32,000 bases of DNA. Source: Nostoc sp. CMAA1605 (GTDB taxonomy: Bacteria; Cyanobacteriota; Cyanobacteriia; Cyanobacteriales; Nostocaceae). The stretch spans positions 15,365-47,364 of the forward strand of contig NZ_PJIZ01000018.1 of NCBI RefSeq assembly GCF_021596505.1. Direction: 5' to 3'. The notes under the pieces are model-generated. The model was not told where the DNA came from, made no database searches, and saw nothing but the letters and a program-made list of their open reading frames with translations. The translations under genes and the position numbers were made by a program. Positions 25,914 to 32,000 of this stretch are shown here, piece after piece. Position 1 is the stretch's first letter. Each line of letters opens with the position of its first letter.

Positions 25914-28559
25914 TTAATTCAGGCAAGTTTTTAAACGTTGTGCCAATACTTGTACATGAGGTTCTAACACAAACGAGTAATGATTTCCCGACACATCAAT
26001 AATATTGATTTCCTCTGCTGCCATTACAGAAAATAACTCTACCCAAACTAAGGTCGGGTCAGGAGCCATAATATGTTTTTCTCTAGCACGAAAAACAGTG
26101 ACTTTGCCAGGATACGGTTGTCTTTGATAGCTATAAGTAGCTTTTAAAGTCCCTACCAATACATCTAAAATACGGCGATTATTTTGACGTTCTACATCAG
26201 GCGGAAAGATTCTGGCTGTTCTAGCTTTATCGATGATGTAGTTAATTTTTGCTTCTAAAGATAAATGCTCAATTTCTGCTGGCGTAACTAAATTATCTTG
26301 ACCAAACATCCCCCCAAATACCCTAGAAAGTACACCCACTAAATAAACATCATCAATGGGTTTTTGTTTATCTAATAGAATGGGAACATAAGAGTCAAGG
26401 ATAGCTAACAAAGAAACTTCCTGTCCTTGTCTTTTTAGTTGTTGTGCTACCTCATAGGCGACAACTCCGCCAAATGACCACCCACCTAATTTATAAGGCC
26501 CTTGGGGTTGAAATTCTCGGATAGTTTTAACATAGAGGCTAGCCATGTCTTCCACTTTAGTTAAAGGTTCTTCATCCCCATAAAAACCTTGAGCTTGTAA
26601 GCCATAAAATGGGTGTTCGTTACCAATATAATGAGCTAATTTAAAATAGCAAAGAACATGACCACCGGCAGGATGAATACAAAAGAAGGGCTGATGAGTT
26701 CCTTGTGGTTGAATGGGAACTAAAGGGGAATGATGAATTTGGCTATCATTATTTTGAATTACTGTAGCTAAATCTGTGATAATTGGATTTTTTAATAGTG
26801 TTGCTAAAGGTATTTCTTTTCGGAAATTTTCCTCGATTTTGGCAATTAAATGTAATGCTTTGAGAGAATCACCACCAAGAGCAAAAAAGTTATCTGTCAC
26901 CCCAATTTGTGGTAAATTTAAAATCTCTGCCCAAATTGTCACTAATTGTGATTCTACTTGATTGCGAGGAGCGATAAAATCACTGCTTTCTGAAAAGTGA
27001 GAAATATCCGGTTTGGGTAAAGCTTTTCTGTCTACCTTACCACTAGGAGTGAGGGGTAAAGCTTCCAGCGTCACAAAAGCGGCGGGAATCATAAAATCTG
27101 GTAATTTAGCTTTGAGAAAATCACGCAGATGCTGAATTTGTGGTGTTTCTGAGTTGTAGGTAATATAGGCAACGAGTTGTTTTTCTAAATTGCGATCGCT
27201 ACGTGTGATAATCACAGCTTCTCTAACTTCTGGATGTAAAGCCAAGACATTTTCAATCTCGCCAATTTCAATCCGATAACCGCGAATTTTGACTTGATAA
27301 TCTACTCTACCTACATATTCAATATTACCATCAGGTAAATAACGCCCTAAATCACCAGTTTTATACAGACGTTCTGATGTAAATTCGCTACTTCTAAATG
27401 GGTTAGGAATAAATTTTTCCTGAGTTAATTCGGGACGATTCCAATAACCACGCGCCACACCTACACCACCGATGTAAATTTCCCCCACAACGCCAACATC
27501 AACAGGTCTTAAATCTTCATCAAGAATGTAAATTTGCACGTTAGCAATGGGACGACCGATAGGTACAGTTTTTAAATTACTGTGCTTTTGACACTGCCAA
27601 AAAGTGACATCAATAGCTGCTTCGGTAGGGCCATAGAGATTATGTAATTCACAATTAAAATGCTCAAAGAAGCGATTTTGTAAATCTACAGGTAAAGCCT
27701 CCCCACTACAAATTACTCTCCTAATGGAAGTACATTTTTCTACACCACGACTAGCTAAAAATATTTGCAGCATGGAAGGGACAAAATGCAATGTCGTAAT
27801 TTGCTCTTGAGTAATAATATTAATCAGGTAATTACTATCTCGATGTCCCCCAGGTTGAGCTATAACCAACCGCGCACCCGTTAATAAAGTCCAGAAAAAT
27901 TCCCAGACGGAAACATCAAAGCTAAAAGGAGTTTTTTGTAAAACACTATCTGTAGAATTGAGTTGATAGGTTTCCTGCATCCATAGCAAGCGATTACATA
28001 TACCTTTATGGGTGTTCATTGCACCCTTGGGTTTACCAGTAGAACCAGATGTGTAGATGACATAAGCTAGATTCTCTGGTTGTATATCACTTTGAGGATT
28101 AGTATTTGGTTGGGTAGAAATTTTCTCCCATTCTGTATCTATATAAATAGTTTGAGCTTGATTTTCAGGGATTGTATTCACTAACTTTTCTTGGGTTAGT
28201 AATACCTTGACCTGAGAATCTTCTAGCATATAAGCTATGCGTTCTTGGGGATATTCTGGGTCAATAGGTACATAAGCACCACCGGCTTTAAGAATTCCCA
28301 ATAAACTCACGACCATTTCTAAGGAACGTTCTAGACAAACACCTACTAATGTTTCTGCTTTAACGTCTAGTGTTTGTAGATAATGTGCTAGTTGATTGAC
28401 TCTAAAATTTAATTCTTGATATGTTAATTGTTGGTTTTGAAAGGTGATGGCTATGGCGTTGGGGGTGCGTTCTGCTTGTGCTGTAAATAGTTCGTGTAAG
28501 CTTTGAGATAGGTTGTAATCTCTGTATGTGGCGTTGGGATTTATGGGTGTGATTTGCAT
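25914..28559 (-). CDS. mysE: NRPS-like enzyme (adenylation - PCP - thioesterase), MAA cluster tailoring ligase
   Basis: 881 aa with A-domain cores [32 protein letters not shown] and [15 protein letters not shown], the PCP motif GGDSLKA, and the thioesterase motif GWSFGG. It lies immediately downstream of mysABC. Confidence 0.85.
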   Translation of the reverse strand: MQITPINPNATYRDYNLSQSLHELFTAQAERTPNAIAITFQNQQLTYQELNFRVNQLAHYLQTLDVKAETLVGVCLERSLEMVVSLLGILKAGGAYVPIDPEYPQERIAYMLEDSQVKVLLTQEKLVNTIPENQAQTIYIDTEWEKISTQPNTNPQSDIQPENLAYVIYTSGSTGKPKGAMNTHKGICNRLLWMQETYQLNSTDSVLQKTPFSFDVSVWEFFWTLLTGARLVIAQPGGHRDSNYLINIITQEQITTLHFVPSMLQIFLASRGVEKCTSIRRVICSGEALPVDLQNRFFEHFNCELHNLYGPTEAAIDVTFWQCQKHSNLKTVPIGRPIANVQIYILDEDLRPVDVGVVGEIYIGGVGVARGYWNRPELTQEKFIPNPFRSSEFTSERLYKTGDLGRYLPDGNIEYVGRVDYQVKIRGYRIEIGEIENVLALHPEVREAVIITRSDRNLEKQLVAYITYNSETPQIQHLRDFLKAKLPDFMIPAAFVTLEALPLTPSGKVDRKALPKPDISHFSESSDFIAPRNQVESQLVTIWAEILNLPQIGVTDNFFALGGDSLKALHLIAKIEENFRKEIPLATLLKNPIITDLATVIQNNDSQIHHSPLVPIQPQGTHQPFFCIHPAGGHVLCYFKLAHYIGNEHPFYGLQAQGFYGDEEPLTKVEDMASLYVKTIREFQPQGPYKLGGWSFGGVVAYEVAQQLKRQGQEVSLLAILDSYVPILLDKQKPIDDVYLVGVLSRVFGGMFGQDNLVTPAEIEHLSLEAKINYIIDKARTARIFPPDVERQNNRRILDVLVGTLKATYSYQRQPYPGKVTVFRAREKHIMAPDPTLVWVELFSVMAAEEINIIDVSGNHYSFVLEPHVQVLAQRLKTCLN

Positions 28560-28615
28560 TTTTGGATGAGGGGAAAATTTCGGTTAATGGCTGTGTGGAA
28601 TGGGGGGTGATTTAC

Positions 28616-28699
28616 TCACGCAAAGGCGCAAAGGCGCAAAGAAGCAAAGAAGAAAAGAAGAGAAGAAGAAATTAAGTTTTCCTCTGCGCCTCTGCGTGA
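28616..28699 (-). promoter_or_regulatory. long intercistronic hairpin between mysC and the NRPS-like gene
   Basis: The arms are tcacgcaaaggcgcaaagg (28616-28634) and cctctgcgcctctgcgtga (28681-28699). In the minus-strand (operon-sense) RNA they pair over 19 positions, with G-U pairs at the two variant positions. In the plus-strand RNA those positions are A-C mismatches. Confidence 0.4.
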
Positions 28700-28814
28700 T
28701 ACCAATTCACGAAAATCTTGATACAGACGTAAACCATGAAAGCTTTGCTGCATCTAAGTTTTTTAATTGCGTTAGCGTAGCGGGACGTTCGCGTTAGCGT
28801 CTCGGAGAGAAGTC

Positions 28815-28848
28815 CATTGCGAATTGCGAATTGCGAATTGCGAATTGG
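28815..28848. repeat. heptamer array (ATTGCGA x4)
   Basis: ccattgcgaattgcgaattgcgaattgcgaattgg, read directly. Confidence 0.9.
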
Positions 28849-28864
28849 TACGAAATAAAACTTC

Positions 28865-30243
28865 TTAATCTCCCCCCAATTCGACTAATTTACCGATATT
28901 GAAATCTATCCTTGTCCAGCCTTTGAGTTGGCGGAGATTGTTCAACAACAGCAGGGGAATTTGCCAGTGATGTACCATCAAGAATGGTAAGGGATCATCT
29001 AGTTTTAAAATTGCATCTGTCCCGCGCCAAATGTTGTGTACCCATGTCTTCAATTGGGTGAAGGAACGAATCCCCGTCAACCGCCAAACTTCGTGATAAG
29101 TCCAATAGGTTGGTTTACTGGTTAGTAATGGCTGTAAGGTTTCTGTTACAGAACCAATGTAAGCTTCTGCAACTAAGGGGTGGTTGTAAAAGGCGGTAAT
29201 GGCGGAATGTGTGCGGGGGTTACACTCGATAGCGTATACTTGTCCGTCTTCTGTTTGGATGAAGTCAAAGGAAATCTGTCCTGTAAGTTTGAGTTCTTTG
29301 ACGAAGTGTTTCACCCATTCCAAGATTTGCGGATTTTCTACGTTCTCATAGTTGACTTGAAAGGCTGATGATTCACAGCAGCAGTGTAGTTTGATTTCTC
29401 CATCTCTGACTGTGCTGTGGGTGCAGAATTCTTTTCCAGGAATGAATTCTTGCATAATCCACGGTTTTTCAGGACTGATGGGTAAATTACTCACAAAATC
29501 TGCTGTTTCCTCTGGGGTGGCGCAGGGGAGTTTGGTTAAGTCCAAACGTCTCACTGAGTCGTAGGGAATGCTTTTGAGAATGTATTTGCGAGTCTCACCG
29601 GAAAAGTCAAAGTTAATGACTTGTTCGCTAGAGGTGATTTTAAAGGATTTGGGTACAGATAAACCAAGCGATCGCGCTTTTTCTGCCATTGCAAATTTAT
29701 CATCCAACATTTGGGTGATCTCTGCATCAAAATGCAATACTTCGCAATGGGGAGATAATTTCGGTTTGGCGAGGGAGTCGTAATAACTCCCCACTGGACT
29801 GGTAACGGGATATATACATCGATGTTTTCCCGTTTGACTATCTCCTCTAAAGCCTGGATGTAGGCTTCTGGGTCTTTTTGGGGTGCGGGAGTTGTGTAAA
29901 ATTTATCTACCGCTTGGGAAAATCGATGACCAGTTAACCAGTATTTATGGGTTTCTACCAATACTACCCGATGTCCAGCCGCATGGAATGACCTTGCTAG
30001 TTGCAAAGCTTTGGTCATTTTTCCGCCACTGATGAGGATGTTTTTGGGGTTGCTGGTTTTGCTGGTTTGGGTACGAAAAATCGCACCCACAACCAAATAT
30101 ATAAAAACAATCGCAGTATTAATTGGCAGTGCTAATAATAGCAAAGTCAAAGTCAGTATGTTTTGGATAATTGCGGCTATTTTCGTCTCTAAACCTAAAG
30201 ACGGTGTAGCAGGTGAGGAATCGAATGAAATAGATTGTGCCAT
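28865..30243 (-). pseudogene. mysC: MAA ATP-grasp ligase, frameshifted as sequenced
   Basis: The ORFs 29551..30243 and 28865..29794 overlap. The good sequence runs ...EEIVKRENIDVYIP | VTSPVGSYYDSLAKPKLSPHCEVLHFD... The frame changes in the G3 run at 29807-29809 (C3 on the coding strand). Confidence 0.8.
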
Positions 30244-30246
30244 AGT

Positions 30247-31080
30247 TTACACTCGGCGGATAATCGTCAAACCATCGCGCAGGGGAAGTAAAACCTGTTC
30301 GACACGAGTATCTAAAGCTACGGCGCGATTAAAGTCAGCAATAGCTTGGCCGTTAGCACTACGTTTGGCGGGAGGTAAATACACTTCTCCCTGTAGAAGT
30401 GTGTTATCAACACAAATAAAGCCTTGTGGTGCTAACAAGTTAGTATCTAGCAGCGTTTCTAGATAAGCTGTGTACTCTTTTTTATCGGCATCAATAAATA
30501 CCAAATCAAAGGTTTCGCCAGCCGTGACTAATTTCTCTAGAGTTGCTAAAGCTGCACCTAATTCCACACGTATCTTTCCCCCGTGAGGAGATTGGTTAAA
30601 AGCCTTCTGTGCAACTTCCGCCGCATAAGGATCTACTTCACAAGCTACCAATACCCCATCCTCTGGTAAAGCTTCCGCCATTGCTAAGGCTGAATAACCC
30701 GTGAACATCCCAATTTCCAGCACTCTCCGTGCTTTGGTCATATGAACAAACATCTTTAAAGTTTGTCCTTCAATATGACCAGAAAGCATTTCCTGTTCTA
30801 GAGGACGCACCGTCGCACCGGCTGTAAAATGCTCACCCCAAGACTCTTTTGCAGTTATCTTGGCGAGTGCTGCTAAAGCCTCTGATTCTGGGGTAGTACA
30901 TTCCTCTAGATAAGGGTCAATACCTGCTGCTAACTCCCAAGCTTGGGTAATCTCTGCTACCAAATCAGCAGATAAATCTTGATGCTGCTTAACTTGTTTG
31001 ACAACAGCCTCTAACTTCTTAGTTAAGATTCCCAAAGGTGTGACAGGTCTAGCTGTCGGTATGTCTATCAAATTCGTCAT
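30247..31080 (-). CDS. mysB: O-methyltransferase of the MAA pathway
   Basis: 277 aa. The C-terminal part has an OMT fold (LEIGMFTGYSALAMA, FDLVFIDADKKEY). Its stop is 3 nt from the mysC start. Confidence 0.85.
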   Translation of the reverse strand: MTNLIDIPTARPVTPLGILTKKLEAVVKQVKQHQDLSADLVAEITQAWELAAGIDPYLEECTTPESEALAALAKITAKESWGEHFTAGATVRPLEQEMLSGHIEGQTLKMFVHMTKARRVLEIGMFTGYSALAMAEALPEDGVLVACEVDPYAAEVAQKAFNQSPHGGKIRVELGAALATLEKLVTAGETFDLVFIDADKKEYTAYLETLLDTNLLAPQGFICVDNTLLQGEVYLPPAKRSANGQAIADFNRAVALDTRVEQVLLPLRDGLTIIRRV

Positions 31081-31140
31081 AATTACTCTAACTCCGCGTA
31101 CCTCTGCGTTTACCTCAGCGAACCTCCGGGTTTAAACTCA

Positions 31141-32000
31141 TCACTTCCCGACAGCACTCCCTACCAGTTCCTTCTGACTGCTGAGAGGATACATATCTAC
31201 ACCTTCACCACCACGGGGATACTGACTGCAAAGTTCCTTATGTTCTGCTAAAGCTGCGGCTGCTTCGGCTTTGGTAAAATCATTGACAAAGAAACATTCC
31301 CCGATAGGCCTTGGCATGGCGGCTCTCAATAAACCATCTCTAGTTAAGGTGATAGACTCAGTAGCACGCCACAATAACTCCTCATCCAAGAGGGGATGGT
31401 CTAGTGCTAGACCGATACGACTCATTAATCCTAAAATGCGATCGCGCTCTTGAATTGTAATGTAGCCTCTGCGTGCAGCAATTGTCGCTGACAAGGCCAT
31501 ATCAATATTCACAGCATGACCGTGGAACATGGGTATATGTGGCGCGAGTTCCAAGGTCGGACTCCAGGTGTGACCATAAGCAATTACCCTATCTAGGTCT
31601 AACTCGTGGAGGTTGGGAACTTCTAATTCCAACATCTTTTTGATGGCTTTGTAGGTCAGTTGATGCGCTACTTCTTTGATTTCTGGTGTAGCGTCAAGAT
31701 TGCCGAAATGAGTATGTAGTAAGTCTTCGCCGTACTTCTCCAACAATTCAAATACTTCTTTGTGTCCTACTACAGCGATTTTGACTAACTCCGCCATTCC
31801 GTTGCGTACTTGGTCTGTTGGTAAAGTCCCCAGCAAGGAAAAGTCTAGGAAAACTTTGCGGGAAGCATGATACGCACCCAGGCGGTTTTTCAGCTTTTTA
31901 TGGTTGACTGCGACTTTAATCGCCACACTAGCATCAATTAAGCCAATTAAGGTAGTAGGAATACGGATGTAGTTACTACTGCGGCGGTATGTAGAACAAG
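31141..32000 (-). CDS. mysA: demethyl-4-deoxygadusol synthase (DHQS-like sugar phosphate cyclase), N-terminus beyond window
   Basis: I translated upstream of the listed GTG. The frame stays open to the window edge: ...[33 protein letters not shown]... It has DHQS-family metal-site wording (HTWSP, HGHAVN). Confidence 0.85.
   Translation of the reverse strand, partial: CSTYRRSSNYIRIPTTLIGLIDASVAIKVAVNHKKLKNRLGAYHASRKVFLDFSLLGTLPTDQVRNGMAELVKIAVVGHKEVFELLEKYGEDLLHTHFGNLDATPEIKEVAHQLTYKAIKKMLELEVPNLHELDLDRVIAYGHTWSPTLELAPHIPMFHGHAVNIDMALSATIAARRGYITIQERDRILGLMSRIGLALDHPLLDEELLWRATESITLTRDGLLRAAMPRPIGECFFVNDFTKAEAAAALAEHKELCSQYPRGGEGVDMYPLSSQKELVGSAVGK

Noticed and set aside
28600-28797. 65-aa lysine/arginine-rich ORF in the mysC / NRPS-like spacer
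   Set aside because: It is a low-complexity product of the purine-rich loop and CGCAAAGG repeats. It is on the strand opposite to the operon, and no start context is evident.
29551-29794. Apparent 244-nt overlap of two minus-strand genes in the MAA cluster
   Set aside because: This is not a real gene overlap. The tail of the upstream ORF (LPVQWGVITTPSPNRNY...) is out-of-frame nonsense after the one-base deficit at 29807-29809. The two ORFs are halves of mysC.
30011-30466. 151-aa plus-strand ORF across the mysB/mysC junction
   Set aside because: It is antisense to two well-supported genes and has no motifs.

Overview
This window looks like chromosomal DNA from a filamentous, heterocyst-forming cyanobacterium (Nostoc/Anabaena type). 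By eye there are about twenty HIP1 octamers (GCGATCGC), and the intergenic regions carry arrays of the three classic STRR heptamer families (CCCCAAT/CCCCAGT, TTGGTCA-like, CAACAGT). Most genes are housekeeping: rlmN, upp, crtH, pgk, an IF-3-like gene, yggT, usp, phoD, an ABC permease and a MarR regulator. Accessory genes are interspersed. Main points: (1) 25914-32000 (minus strand) holds a four-gene mycosporine-like amino acid (MAA) sunscreen cluster of the Anabaena variabilis type: DDGS mysA, O-methyltransferase mysB, ATP-grasp mysC and an NRPS-like A-T-TE gene. (2) 12809-15931 is an NLR-like STAND gene. A 152-aa helical N-domain and an NB-ARC + 10.5-unit TPR body share one reading frame and are separated only by one in-frame TGA. 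A tandem array of ten 21-bp units follows immediately. This is my best candidate for an unusual system. (3) Three unrelated genes (an SPFH protein, pgk and mysC) are each broken by loss of a single base in a short C/G homopolymer. Because pgk is essential, sequencing error is more likely than real decay. (4) There is a RelE/ParE toxin-antitoxin pair. (5) Non-coding items are a non-canonical tRNA-like element (CAU anticodon), two candidate sRNAs (one with the Yfr1 undecamer), MITE-like inverted-repeat elements, a 30-nt core repeated three times in alternating orientation, and shared hairpin elements at convergent gene ends. No searches could be run. All family calls rest on motifs recognised by eye and on manual translation.
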